Virus record (IMG/VR): IMGVR_UViG_3300021141_000001 | DNA from: a virus | DNA: 64,000 nt | Strand: one strand, 5' to 3' | Translations under genes and position numbers: made by a program | Notes under the pieces: model-generated | The model's database searches: none | Told to the model about the DNA's origin: nothing | Seen by the model: only the letters and a program-made list of their open reading frames with translations | In this document: positions 18,354 through 29,703 of the stretch, piece by piece | How the letters are laid out: every line of letters begins with the position of its first letter | Position numbering within the stretch: the stretch's first letter is position 1

Positions 18354-21300
18354 ATGTGGACATACAATACTGATTATAGCAAATGGTACGCTAATGATGA
18401 CTCAATCTCAAAGAATGATTTTGATTTTTTAAAACAAGAGTTAAAATCTACTAGGTTTTATTCAAGATGTTTAAGTGGTGCTACATATTTACCTGTAAAT
18501 AGTCTTACTAATATTTATGATATACTAGGAAGTTATCAACAAAGAACATGGTATATTAGTACATTGGGTTCACAATATAGTGTTACATCTATTCCTTCTC
18601 AACATGCTTCACCTATAGATTCAAATACTTCAAATGATTATTATACAAAGTATTTATCTGAATATGGCTTAACATTAAAAAACTTATTTACGCCTTATAG
18701 ATTAATAAAAGACGCTTCAAAGAACTTTTACTATGTTGATGTTGCTACAACTGAACAGATTGATTTAACAACAGTAACAAAAGACTATTATATAGATGGT
18801 GTTAAATTATTAAATGGTCATAGAGTTTTAATTAAGGATCAAAAATTAAGTATTGTTTTACTAAACACTGCTGATCCTAATACTTATTTTACAGGACAAT
18901 ATAGCATTATACAAGATTTAGGTGGAACAATTGAGTACCAATATTACAGTGAGGAAAATGGTATTTATATTTATAATGATGGTATTTTAGTTAGAGATTC
19001 TGATTTAGATGATTATAGTAGATGTGTGAGATATAGTGTCTCTGTTAAACTGGGTAATACTAATACTGATAAACAATTTCATTTATCTAGACTACTAAGC
19101 GGTTATTTTCCTACAGTTTCATTAGCACAGCCTATTGAGTTTAAAGAAAAACATAACTGGATTTTAAGAAATCGAGTTGATTATAATAATTTATTTGAGA
19201 TAAACTACTATGATATAATTAAACATGGTACACAATCATATAATTATGAAGGTATTACTTATAGTGTTCCTGAAAGAACTTTATCTGTTGGTGAATTTGG
19301 TATTATTTTAAATACACAAGAAACTAAATCAAATATTATTAAAAATAAATATAAAGTTAATCTAAGAAGTATTACAGAGACCTCAAATTTTTATTGGATA
19401 TGTGGTGATGAAAATACACTTTTAAGAGTTAGAAAACATGATTTTTACATTGATAGAATTTTACTTGAAAATATTCCAACAACTTTACCAAATTTAATAA
19501 AAACTAATCTTTCTTCTGTTTCATTTTTTAATGATTTAGTAGGTGTTGTTGTTGGTGAATTGAATACTATACTTTACACCAAAAATGGTGGTTACAAATG
19601 GGAAAGAATTGAAGTTGCTGATTTTAGTGAATATAACTATAATAAAGCTTTGTATTCTACAGGTTCTAGTTTTTTTGTAGCTGGTGATAATGGTGTTTTA
19701 TTAGAATTTATTAATAGTATCGCCGGTTGGACAGCTTATAAAAGAAGAGTTTCTCAAATTGAAGATTCGGTTGATGAGTACATATTAGTTGAAAATATTA
19801 ATGATTTATACAAAACTACAATTTCTAGTTGGAATGTTAGTTATAACTATTATACACAATCTATACCAACAAGTAAAGAATTACTTTTCTTAGTTACGAA
19901 TAATAGTAAAATTATAGCTTATGATGTTAATAACTCATTCTCTCAAATAGGTACAGATTTTATTTACTTTGACTTTGGAAAAGAGTATAGTGATATTAGA
20001 AATATTACACAAAGACAAGGTACTAATAAATTTTATTTTACAGGTACTGATCCAGTTAGTGGTGATGATGGTATATTCTCATTTGATATAAGTAGTTTTA
20101 GTACATTAGGTACTGGTAGTTCTTATTCAAATACAACAGTTGGTGTTAATGCTACTTATGAATATGCTGCTTATCCAAATGAAATATTTGATTATAATGG
20201 TACAAATTTATTAATATGTGGTAATACTTCATTATTAGGAACTTCCACATATTCAGTGTTAAATTTTAACTCATTAGATTCTACATTTGAAGATAATTTA
20301 AAATCTAAGTTATTAGTTATTGATTATGATATTGCTTCTAAACTAAATTTCTTTACAGATGCTGGTGAATATAGATTACCAAATTCAGTTACTTTTAGCA
20401 ATACTACTTTGAATACTATAAATTCAAAAATTGGATTTAAGCCAATTCAACATCCATTAACGTCTACTAATAATGGTACTTATTCAGAAACAAACTGGAT
20501 TACATATTGGACAGATGCTGAAAAAACATTTGAGTATTATAATTTTACTCCAATGGATGAGTCAACTAAAGTTTTAATATCAACAACTTTTTCATATGAT
20601 ACTAATTCTACCTCTATATCATATAACAATACTCAAATTACAGCTTCTGCTTCATTAGTTTCTTTGTTAGCACCGGCTATTACAATGTTCAATTTAGTAA
20701 AAAGTGTATCAATTAAAAGTGCTGGTACTGGTTATTCAACCGCTTCAAATGTTGCCACAACTGGTGGTTCTGGCACAGGATTAAAATTAAATATAACAGC
20801 TTCTGGTGGTTTGATAACATCAGTTAAAGTAGCTGTTAAAGGTGAGGGCTATAACGTTGGTGATGTTGTTACTGTTACTGGTGGTACACTTGGTAAAATA
20901 AAAATTGACTCAATTGAGAATCATTCTCAAAGTAGATTTAATGGATATGGAATGCCTTCTATAACTGCTGTTCCTACTACTGGTGTTGCTGGTGCTTATA
21001 GAATATTTATTTATGATTATTTAATGATTTATAAAGTTGGATTAAGTTATCCAATTTCTGTTGGTGATATAATGAAATTTGAAAGTGGTATTGTTGATAC
21101 ACAATTTATTGTAAATAAAGTTATAACAATCGGTTCTTGGAAATTTATTTATATGTACACTGAATTTAATCAAAATATGATAACTGATTTATTGAATACA
21201 TTAAGTAATGTTACACTTACGAATTTAAATAAATACACAAATGTTGCTGAGTTAAAAGGTAGATTTAATGAACACCCTATTTCAAATGCTTATAAATTAG

Positions 21301-24300
21301 ATTATTTAGATTCCTATGGTGATGTAACAACTGCTACATCAAGTGTTTTTCAATTAAGTGCTAGATTTAATAATCTAACTTCTTATTATAATTTACAAAC
21401 ATCAGTTAATGTTGGTACTAATACTCAAATAGTGCCTTATGTTTCAAACTATCAGTTTTCAGGTGGTGTTTCTTACTCAATCTCAACTACTGGTACAACT
21501 TACAGTTTTGCTAATGGTGTTTCTGCTAGTAATACTCTTACGCCGGTTGCTGGTCTCCTTGGACTTCCTGGTTTTGGAGGTGATGGTTCACCTGCTATCT
21601 CTGCTAAATTACAACTTCCAATTGGTATAAATTATGATAATGTTGGAAATTTATATATTGCGGACAGTTCAAATAGAAGAATCAGAAAGGTTAGTGCTGG
21701 TGTTGGTGGAATAATAACTACAATTGCTGGTATTAATAATCCATTAGGTAATTATAGTGGTGATACTTCTCCGGCTATTGCTGCTGAACTTGAATCGGTT
21801 ATTGATGTTGTTGTAGATAATATGTACAATGTTTATATAGTTGGTAATGCTGCGTCTAGTATTCATAATGTTATTCGTAAAATTGATTTTGGAACAGGTA
21901 AAATAGATGTTTTTTCCGGAGGAGGAGGTGCTGGATATAACGGTGATGGTGGTCCTTGTTCTGACCCAAGTGTTCAGTTTAATAATCCAAAAGGATTACA
22001 TATCTCAAATTTTGGATTTGGAACCGCTAATCCAGTTTTATATGTTGCTGATTATGATAATCATGCTATAAGACAAATAGATTTAGTTACCAATATAATT
22101 ACAACAGTTGCTGGTGATGGAACTTCAGGTTGGAGTGGTGATGGTGGCTTAGCAACTTCTGCTCAATTAAAAAAACCTACTTCAATAACAACTGATTCTT
22201 TTGGTAATCTATATATAGCCGATACTGAAAATTATAGAGTTAGAAAAGTAGATATAGTAACAGGTGAGATATCAACTTTTGCTGGTAATGGTACTAGTGG
22301 TAATACAGGTGATGGTGGTTTAGCAAATATTGCTAGATTAGGTAGTGTTTCTGGAGTTACTGTTGATAATCTTAATAATCTTTATATAACATCTAATTCC
22401 GGTTCATCATATAGAATTCGTAGAGTTGATACAGCCGGTATAATATCAACATTTACAATAGGAACATCTGCTATATCTAAAGTAGTAGTATCTCCATTGG
22501 GTGATATTGTATTTTCGGTTCCAGGTAGTAGTATTGTTCAAAAACAAGCACCACCAGAAACCAAAGCAATTGTTTCTAGTATTCTAACATTTTTACCTAA
22601 TGAAAATGATACGGTTTTATTAAAACTAAATGGTATTTCTACTACATTTACATTTAAAACGAGTCCTTCGGCAGGAACAGATGTACTAATCGGTTCGAGT
22701 ATAAATGATTGTTTGAATAATCTTAAAACTAAGATACAGTCAATTGTCATATATTCAACATATCTTTCTGATGTTAGTGTTACTAGTAGTAATATAACTT
22801 TAACAATGGCAGATAATTATGGTTCTATACCTAATAATAATTCTAATTGGAATATATCTTTCTTTGACACTATAATAACTAATGAAGTTAATGCTATTTT
22901 ATCTGGATCAATGTCTGTTCCACCAATTAATGGCAATACTGCTGTAATATCTATTAATTCTATTAATACAACATATACATTTAAAAATATTGTTATTAAT
23001 CCAACAACTGATATTCAAATAGCTGGTACATTAACCGGCACATTAACAAATCTATTACTTGGTATAACTTCTTCATATCCAACTTATATATCACCAACTT
23101 CTTCTATTATTGGTGGTGATACAATTAATCTTGTGGTTAAACCAAATTATGGTTCTATTCCAAATATAAATTCTAATTGGGGATTAACTTATAGCCTAAC
23201 AGGTGGTGGTAACTATCAAACTAACTCATATAATATGGTTTACACCAATAGTTTCTTAAAATTTGGTTACTCTCCTACATATAATTTGTTAGATTATCTA
23301 ACAAACATAAATAATATCAATGATGTTAATCCTAAATTTTATGCTACTAAAGAGTATTTAGCTATGCCTCATTATGAAGGATTGCCTTTAGGTAGTTTAA
23401 CATTCTCTACTGTTTATATTGATTATAATGGCATGACTGCTTCACTCGACTTAAATTCACAAGGTAATAAAATTACATTTGGTTCAGATTTAAAATTAGA
23501 ATGGGAGAGTATATTTATTAATACTTTTGTTGATGTTATTATTCATGGTACATCTGATTATACAACTGAAAGACTGCTTGTAATGGACAAGTATTATGAC
23601 TCATTAAATGATTTTTATATAATTGAGTTTCATAAAAGATTAAACTTTAATTTGGGTGACTCTGTAATTGGCAATGGTGGTACTTTAGATATTATTTCCA
23701 GAAGACATTTATTTCAAATAAGCGATGATTTACAAGAATTAAATAATATACAAAGAACTAAAGGTAAATCAAACTCTTGGAAAGACCAAGGTCAGTATAC
23801 ATATGATACATATGAAAATGAATTGAATTTTAAAATTCCTACAGATTCGTATGCTAAGATATTACTTTCAGACACAGACACAATTCAGTCTTTATCTTCA
23901 ATAATTTATATTGATTATAAAAATGAATTGGCTATGAATATAACAAAATTGGCTAAAGAATATAATATAGCTATAACAAATACCTTAAATTATACAAACA
24001 AACTTTATATCTCATGTGCTGAAAAACATGACTTAATAACTGGCGAAGGTGTTGTTTTGGAATTTACAGGTGGTGTTGGATCGTCACAGGAATTAAATCC
24101 TCAATACTCTGGTTATCATGTTATTACAAAAATAAATGAATATGATTTTATTACTGATATTGATTATGGTCAATATCCAACTGTTGGTATTGATAGTGGT
24201 TATGTTAAATATACTAAACAAGATCCATTCTTAAATTATGAACCAGTTGATTTAATTGATTTAGGTGTTGATGGTAAAGGTAAAATGGCTTTAGAGTTAT

Positions 24301-25556
24301 CAACTGAAAGCGTAAAGATATCAAATAGTGTTTATAGTTTAATTGATGTTGATTTTGAAAAATATAGATTTAGATTAATTGATGGTTTGAATATAGAAAC
24401 TGTTAATTTACAATATTCTTGGTTATTAGAAGCTGAGTTATCTGGTGCTCTTATAGGATTAGACACAAATGGATTAGTTTGGTACAAAGGTACTTGGATA
24501 TTTGGTAGATGGTTTGGTGGTACTTGGCAGTCAGGTGTTTGGATGTCAGGTGACTGGTATGATGGTACTTGGAACTCTAATATAGTTACTGATAAAAAAT
24601 TAACAGCAGAGGTTGATACCAAAAGTGTTGATTTTGAACAATCATTCTGGTATACTGGTAGATGGTATGATGGTACTTGGAATGCGGGTATTTGGAATGG
24701 TGGTAGATGGTATGGCGGTACTTGGAATAATGGTATGTGGCATAAAGGTACTTGGAATGATGGTACTTGGAACAATGGTAATTTCGAGGGTGGTATTTGG
24801 GTATTAGGTACTTGGAATAGAGGAGTATTTAATTGTGATAATGAGCCAGCTTATTGGTTAGATGGTAAATGGTATGGTGGTGACTTTGAAAATGGTATGT
24901 GGTATAACGGATATTGGGAACAAAAAAATACATCATCTAGATTTGGTACAAAGTCATTTAACAGTAGAACAGCCAACTGGCAGGCAGGTACTTGGGTGAG
25001 TGGTTCTTTCTTCTCATTTATAAATACTAATGATCAAGGAGTATTAGATGTAAGTGATGTACATAAATATTCTATTTGGAAAACAGGTCAGTGGTTATCA
25101 GGTGAATGGTATGGTGGTATTGCTTATAACATGGACTTTAAAATAGGTACCTGGTATGGTGGTATATTAGAAGATATTGAAGTTATTGCTATTGATATAA
25201 TTAAAAATACATTTACATTAAATGGTATATTTAAATTTAATATTGGTGATACTATAAATATCATTGATAATCAAATTGATAATGCTAATTCAGTTTATGG
25301 TTCTAATTTGAATCCAGGTGTTTATAGAGTTTTATATCAAACAGAAGACACTACAAATAAGAGAACTATTCTTTATGTAGATTCTAATCTAAATGGACCA
25401 GCAGTCACATCAGTAACCGATACAGGACTAAGAGTCGTTTCTAAATTTAAGAACTTAAATTGGAAGTCGGGTATTTGGACTAATGGTATTTATGAAACAG
25501 GTCTTTGGGAAGGTGGTATTTGGTATAATGGTGTGTTCAGTGGAACATGGTCATAA
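18354..25556 (+). CDS. Giant virion structural protein (baseplate/fibre-like) with NHL repeats and C-terminal GxW repeats
   Basis: 2400 aa; IDGVKLLNGHRVLIKDQ..ENGIY fibre/baseplate motif; GDGGxATxAxL NHL repeats; GTWxxGxW arrays. Confidence 0.75.
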   Translation: MWTYNTDYSKWYANDDSISKNDFDFLKQELKSTRFYSRCLSGATYLPVNSLTNIYDILGSYQQRTWYISTLGSQYSVTSIPSQHASPIDSNTSNDYYTKYLSEYGLTLKNLFTPYRLIKDASKNFYYVDVATTEQIDLTTVTKDYYIDGVKLLNGHRVLIKDQKLSIVLLNTADPNTYFTGQYSIIQDLGGTIEYQYYSEENGIYIYNDGILVRDSDLDDYSRCVRYSVSVKLGNTNTDKQFHLSRLLSGYFPTVSLAQPIEFKEKHNWILRNRVDYNNLFEINYYDIIKHGTQSYNYEGITYSVPERTLSVGEFGIILNTQETKSNIIKNKYKVNLRSITETSNFYWICGDENTLLRVRKHDFYIDRILLENIPTTLPNLIKTNLSSVSFFNDLVGVVVGELNTILYTKNGGYKWERIEVADFSEYNYNKALYSTGSSFFVAGDNGVLLEFINSIAGWTAYKRRVSQIEDSVDEYILVENINDLYKTTISSWNVSYNYYTQSIPTSKELLFLVTNNSKIIAYDVNNSFSQIGTDFIYFDFGKEYSDIRNITQRQGTNKFYFTGTDPVSGDDGIFSFDISSFSTLGTGSSYSNTTVGVNATYEYAAYPNEIFDYNGTNLLICGNTSLLGTSTYSVLNFNSLDSTFEDNLKSKLLVIDYDIASKLNFFTDAGEYRLPNSVTFSNTTLNTINSKIGFKPIQHPLTSTNNGTYSETNWITYWTDAEKTFEYYNFTPMDESTKVLISTTFSYDTNSTSISYNNTQITASASLVSLLAPAITMFNLVKSVSIKSAGTGYSTASNVATTGGSGTGLKLNITASGGLITSVKVAVKGEGYNVGDVVTVTGGTLGKIKIDSIENHSQSRFNGYGMPSITAVPTTGVAGAYRIFIYDYLMIYKVGLSYPISVGDIMKFESGIVDTQFIVNKVITIGSWKFIYMYTEFNQNMITDLLNTLSNVTLTNLNKYTNVAELKGRFNEHPISNAYKLDYLDSYGDVTTATSSVFQLSARFNNLTSYYNLQTSVNVGTNTQIVPYVSNYQFSGGVSYSISTTGTTYSFANGVSASNTLTPVAGLLGLPGFGGDGSPAISAKLQLPIGINYDNVGNLYIADSSNRRIRKVSAGVGGIITTIAGINNPLGNYSGDTSPAIAAELESVIDVVVDNMYNVYIVGNAASSIHNVIRKIDFGTGKIDVFSGGGGAGYNGDGGPCSDPSVQFNNPKGLHISNFGFGTANPVLYVADYDNHAIRQIDLVTNIITTVAGDGTSGWSGDGGLATSAQLKKPTSITTDSFGNLYIADTENYRVRKVDIVTGEISTFAGNGTSGNTGDGGLANIARLGSVSGVTVDNLNNLYITSNSGSSYRIRRVDTAGIISTFTIGTSAISKVVVSPLGDIVFSVPGSSIVQKQAPPETKAIVSSILTFLPNENDTVLLKLNGISTTFTFKTSPSAGTDVLIGSSINDCLNNLKTKIQSIVIYSTYLSDVSVTSSNITLTMADNYGSIPNNNSNWNISFFDTIITNEVNAILSGSMSVPPINGNTAVISINSINTTYTFKNIVINPTTDIQIAGTLTGTLTNLLLGITSSYPTYISPTSSIIGGDTINLVVKPNYGSIPNINSNWGLTYSLTGGGNYQTNSYNMVYTNSFLKFGYSPTYNLLDYLTNINNINDVNPKFYATKEYLAMPHYEGLPLGSLTFSTVYIDYNGMTASLDLNSQGNKITFGSDLKLEWESIFINTFVDVIIHGTSDYTTERLLVMDKYYDSLNDFYIIEFHKRLNFNLGDSVIGNGGTLDIISRRHLFQISDDLQELNNIQRTKGKSNSWKDQGQYTYDTYENELNFKIPTDSYAKILLSDTDTIQSLSSIIYIDYKNELAMNITKLAKEYNIAITNTLNYTNKLYISCAEKHDLITGEGVVLEFTGGVGSSQELNPQYSGYHVITKINEYDFITDIDYGQYPTVGIDSGYVKYTKQDPFLNYEPVDLIDLGVDGKGKMALELSTESVKISNSVYSLIDVDFEKYRFRLIDGLNIETVNLQYSWLLEAELSGALIGLDTNGLVWYKGTWIFGRWFGGTWQSGVWMSGDWYDGTWNSNIVTDKKLTAEVDTKSVDFEQSFWYTGRWYDGTWNAGIWNGGRWYGGTWNNGMWHKGTWNDGTWNNGNFEGGIWVLGTWNRGVFNCDNEPAYWLDGKWYGGDFENGMWYNGYWEQKNTSSRFGTKSFNSRTANWQAGTWVSGSFFSFINTNDQGVLDVSDVHKYSIWKTGQWLSGEWYGGIAYNMDFKIGTWYGGILEDIEVIAIDIIKNTFTLNGIFKFNIGDTINIIDNQIDNANSVYGSNLNPGVYRVLYQTEDTTNKRTILYVDSNLNGPAVTSVTDTGLRVVSKFKNLNWKSGIWTNGIYETGLWEGGIWYNGVFSGTWS
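24478..25161 (+). repeat. Degenerate 15-bp coding repeat (GxW pentapeptide)
   Basis: Recurring GGTACTTGG/TGGTATGGT encoding W-x-x-G-x. Confidence 0.7.
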
Positions 25557-25584
25557 ATTATAAATTAAATTTAATATATACACT

Positions 25585-25974
25585 ATGATTAAGAAATATC
25601 TACAATTTATAAATGAAGCTGACGAAACAACTACTGAATCACCAGTTGAAAAATCACAAGATAGTGGTAAATATACTGAGTTGAAAGATGAAGTTAAATC
25701 AATGATTGAAAAAACTATCGAAAAAAGTGGTGGTGAATTCAAATCATTTGTAGATAAATTTATCAAATCTCCTGAAGATGTTAAAATTGAAGGATTTATA
25801 AATGATTCGGATATCTATGAATTTTATTTAAAATTCAGAAATGATATTGATGAATTATTAAATAATATTAAATATTTTAATGAGGTACCAAGTGAATCTA
25901 ACACTTTTGGTTTATATGATTATATTATAAATGGTACTGAAAAAGCAGTCTCTGAGATAGTTAAAGAGTTATAA
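25585..25974 (+). CDS. Hypothetical protein with capsid-targeting-like N-terminus
   Basis: MIKKYLQFINE; TAATATATA at 25572-25580. Confidence 0.7.
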   Translation: MIKKYLQFINEADETTTESPVEKSQDSGKYTELKDEVKSMIEKTIEKSGGEFKSFVDKFIKSPEDVKIEGFINDSDIYEFYLKFRNDIDELLNNIKYFNEVPSESNTFGLYDYIINGTEKAVSEIVKEL

Positions 25975-26410
25975 CCTTTTTCTTTTTTGACTCTATAAAT
26001 TTAATTCTAGGTAGTTTTTTAATTTTATCACTCATCTCAAAATGATGAAGAGTATTAACTACTACAATTAATTCAAATTTATTATATTCTTTTTCAAGTC
26101 TTATTAAATCTATTAATAATTCAGCTAAACCTTTTTTATTATTATCAACTAAAAAGTTTATTGGATCAATAACAACATAAGATAGTTTATTACCATAAAG
26201 ACCTCCGTGATTTAATATTTCAAATTCTAAATCTATTAAAAATGAACTTCTATGATAAGCTGTTACTTGAATATTCTTATTTAATAATTCTAATTTTTTT
26301 ATATTCTTATCAAAATCTAAAGCAAAGTACAACGACTTCTTAGATGGGTCTAAGAGTTTAATTGCTTTTGTTGACTTACCTGAGTTAGATTCACCGTAGA
26401 TAACTACCAT
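25961..26410 (-). CDS. Short RecA/AAA-like P-loop NTPase
   Basis: IYGESNSGKST Walker A, YVVID Walker B; only 149 aa. Confidence 0.6.
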   Translation of the reverse strand: MVVIYGESNSGKSTKAIKLLDPSKKSLYFALDFDKNIKKLELLNKNIQVTAYHRSSFLIDLEFEILNHGGLYGNKLSYVVIDPINFLVDNNKKGLAELLIDLIRLEKEYNKFELIVVVNTLHHFEMSDKIKKLPRIKFIESKKKKVITL

Positions 26411-26847
26411 TTGATATAATGTTTAACGATACTATAAGTATTTTGATGTAAATAAAAGTGATTTACTATCAAATACAAATATAAACATAATCTTGTTAAT
26501 AAGAAAGTAATTGAGGTTAATTTATGTAATATTGTAAATTTTATAGGTTTTAAAATAATATTTAGAATATAGGATAGTAGTAAAATTATTCCAAATATGT
26601 ACCAACTTGAAGTAAAGAATCCGCCTATTATCCAAATAAGTTCAAAAACGCCTAATATGTTTGATGATTCAGAAAGAGAATATTCTTTTTTACTTCTAAA
26701 ATCTCTTTTACTTGGTTTTCTACCAACTATTTTCTCATACTTTTCTTTCCATTCTTTAAGTGAGTAAAGCTTTCCAAATTTTAGAATAGTTGATATAGTA
26801 GATAAGACTACTAAAACACCAATTAAATAATATATATTACCTATCAT
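26404..26847 (-). CDS. Membrane protein (about 4 TM segments)
   Basis: Several hydrophobic helices. Confidence 0.65.
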   Translation of the reverse strand: MIGNIYYLIGVLVVLSTISTILKFGKLYSLKEWKEKYEKIVGRKPSKRDFRSKKEYSLSESSNILGVFELIWIIGGFFTSSWYIFGIILLLSYILNIILKPIKFTILHKLTSITFLLTRLCLYLYLIVNHFYLHQNTYSIVKHYIKW

Positions 26848-26944
26848 GATTATTATATTTATTAAATACTCTTAGTTTCCTATTTTCAAACAAACAGAAG
26901 ATGTAAATAATTATATATAGATAATAAAATTAATTGACAATTAA

Positions 26945-29656
26945 ATGGCATCTACACCTCTTTATAAGTTTTTAAAATCGAATGGAACTTCATTTTATGC
27001 TTTCCCAGGTGCGGCTGAAGACATATCAGCGGCTTACCAGAATTCAAACTACAAGATGTATTTCTCTAAGTTTGTATTATTAAATTTCCCTAAACAAAAT
27101 TTAACAGCTGGTACAATGTCAAATCCTATTGTATTTGATTTTGATAATTCATTTCAAAAGTCAGTTAATGCTACTCCTCCTAGTAACTTCAACGACCAAT
27201 TAATTGAATCTTTAAGAAACTATATAGCTAACCAAGAAGTTGTTATCAGAGAGTCTAGGTTAAACAATACTAAATATTATTATGATACAAATGCTTTGGA
27301 GACTCCAACAGAAAAAGTATTTTTCAAATGGGCTAAAAAATTAAATCTTATTGACTTTGAACCGGCTATTCCAGATGATGAATATTTTAGTAATTTAAAT
27401 GAATTTCAAAGAAATAATATTAATGATGATCAATATTTTCCTGAATATTTATGGAAAGAAAGAGAAGTTCTTTCTTGGGATGCTATTTCATTCTATGAAA
27501 GTGGTGTTTCTGGATTTGGTGGTAAATTAGAAGTTGAATTTGCTGGTACTACTAATTTTAGAGTTGGTGATAAAGTAAAAATTTATGATGTTAGTAACTC
27601 TACAATATATAACGATGCTAATTTAATTGGTTCTGATACTTTTGATGGTGTTAAAACAGATATTATTTATATAACACCAGCTGGTGCCACACAAGGTCAA
27701 AAAATTATTATGGACATTGATACAACAATGTCACAAGAATTCGAAACAACTGGACAAGTTGAATTAGTTTATAATAGATTTGTACAATATATTGGTGAGG
27801 TTAGTGGTATTTCTAATGTTCAAGAAGCAAATAGAAATTATACTGAGGTTTATGCTCATATTCCTGATCATACTGGACAAACTCCAGATATTTTATTTAG
27901 AACTACATATGATGTTAATTACAAACCAAATTTAACATTCCCTATTTTACCAAGTCAGTATCAACCAGAAGTTTTAGGAGCTGAGTTATTTAACTCGCCT
28001 ATTGTTAGTTATCCTCAAAATTATCCAGGTTCATATTTTGCTCAATTTGATACACCTGATTTTACTTATGAAACAGCTACGGGTGATACTTTAAGAAGAA
28101 GTGGTTCATATTTTGGTGTTTCTGGTGATATTAATAATCCTATTGTTAATGGTAAATCTATTGATGGTGTTGGAGTTGATTTTAATACTAGTCACTATGT
28201 TAAAATGAATATTTTTAATAAAGTTTTGACTAATTTTGATCAGTTTAATGCTTTAGAAGTTAATAATACACCACCTGAAGATTTTGAATTTAATTCTATT
28301 TTATGGTATTATACAGTTCAAAAAGTAGATTTAACTGGTGTTATTACAACTAAGACAAATTTATATGGTATTTCATTCTTAGATAATCCGGATAATAATC
28401 CTGTTCAGGAAGAAATTGGAGTTAGATTTCCAATCTTCAAAAAAATGGTTTCAAATGGTAAACATGATGGTACTTCATATGCTTTTAGTTTGAATTTAAA
28501 TTTTAATATCTTAAATGATAATCCACAACAATCTTATAATCCTGAAGCTATTAACTCATTATTTAGTATGAATTTATTTAATCAAGCTATGTCTAGATTA
28601 TCTTCTACTAATGATAGTTTCTTAAATGTTTTATCAGAACAAGGTTTATTGAGAGATCAAATTGATGCTTTAAAACAATTACTTTATACACAAACTGATA
28701 TCTCTACTATTAATACTAAAATATCAAATCTTGAAAATCTTTTAAGATTATACTCAACTAATCAGATAATTAATAGTGATAGTATTACAGCCGTTACAAA
28801 TCCTGGAACACCAGCCTCTATATCTTTATATAATAAAGAAACATCATATACTTCAATTAATAATATTAAAACTACTGATTTATATACTGCTACAGGTATA
28901 ATTCCATTAAATTTAACAGTACCTGAAAATAAAAATTTCTTATTAAATATTGTAAATAATGATGAGGTGAATTTAACACTACCTAATAATGATAGATTAA
29001 CTATTATTTTAGATAGAGATTTATCTTATAAACAAAGTGTTGATATTATTATAACTGGTAGCCAAATGGCATCTCAAAATAAAAAATTAGATATTTATAT
29101 TAATACAACAATTCCTTCTACAACATCCGGACTAACAACAACTGAAGCACTTTTAATTGGTGATATTGATTTACCAGTTTATTTTAATACAATAAATTCA
29201 CTTCCTAATTCTTCTTATTTATGGTCAGATTTTAATTTTAATATTGACTTTAGTCAAACTATTCAATATACATTGGGTAATATTCTTGAAGTTCCTTTAT
29301 CAGGTAATCAATTAATTATTAACAATTCTATTAAAGCTGGTGACACCTTCAAATTAAATAATTTCTTTGTTGGTACTGCCTCTATATTTGACTTCTCTGG
29401 TCAATATACTGTTGATTCTGTTGGTGGTGCTACAAGTTCTTATATTTATTTAAATGCTGATAGTAATCCTGATTTAGTTGCTTATGGTGCTTCTGCTTCA
29501 TTACCTCTATATTTTCATGGTACTGCTTCTACACTTTTATCAAATAGTCCTTATTTCATATTAAATAAAGGTAAAAAGATAAAATTAACTAGAGTAGATT
29601 CATCTGATGTTTCTATTTCTGAAAAATATCAAATAGATATACAAGATATAAAATAA
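26945..29656 (+). CDS. Putative virion structural protein
   Basis: 903 aa, N/S/T-rich beta content with a central coiled coil; in a structural gene cluster. Confidence 0.6.
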   Translation: MASTPLYKFLKSNGTSFYAFPGAAEDISAAYQNSNYKMYFSKFVLLNFPKQNLTAGTMSNPIVFDFDNSFQKSVNATPPSNFNDQLIESLRNYIANQEVVIRESRLNNTKYYYDTNALETPTEKVFFKWAKKLNLIDFEPAIPDDEYFSNLNEFQRNNINDDQYFPEYLWKEREVLSWDAISFYESGVSGFGGKLEVEFAGTTNFRVGDKVKIYDVSNSTIYNDANLIGSDTFDGVKTDIIYITPAGATQGQKIIMDIDTTMSQEFETTGQVELVYNRFVQYIGEVSGISNVQEANRNYTEVYAHIPDHTGQTPDILFRTTYDVNYKPNLTFPILPSQYQPEVLGAELFNSPIVSYPQNYPGSYFAQFDTPDFTYETATGDTLRRSGSYFGVSGDINNPIVNGKSIDGVGVDFNTSHYVKMNIFNKVLTNFDQFNALEVNNTPPEDFEFNSILWYYTVQKVDLTGVITTKTNLYGISFLDNPDNNPVQEEIGVRFPIFKKMVSNGKHDGTSYAFSLNLNFNILNDNPQQSYNPEAINSLFSMNLFNQAMSRLSSTNDSFLNVLSEQGLLRDQIDALKQLLYTQTDISTINTKISNLENLLRLYSTNQIINSDSITAVTNPGTPASISLYNKETSYTSINNIKTTDLYTATGIIPLNLTVPENKNFLLNIVNNDEVNLTLPNNDRLTIILDRDLSYKQSVDIIITGSQMASQNKKLDIYINTTIPSTTSGLTTTEALLIGDIDLPVYFNTINSLPNSSYLWSDFNFNIDFSQTIQYTLGNILEVPLSGNQLIINNSIKAGDTFKLNNFFVGTASIFDFSGQYTVDSVGGATSSYIYLNADSNPDLVAYGASASLPLYFHGTASTLLSNSPYFILNKGKKIKLTRVDSSDVSISEKYQIDIQDIK

Positions 29657-29703
29657 AGTGTCTTTCAATTTTAATATATATGTTAAAATAAAAAAGATAC
29701 ATT

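Noticed and set aside
24332-24807. Antisense and alternate-frame ORFs with FQVP repeats
   Set aside because: They are shadows of the GxW repeat in the 2400-aa gene.
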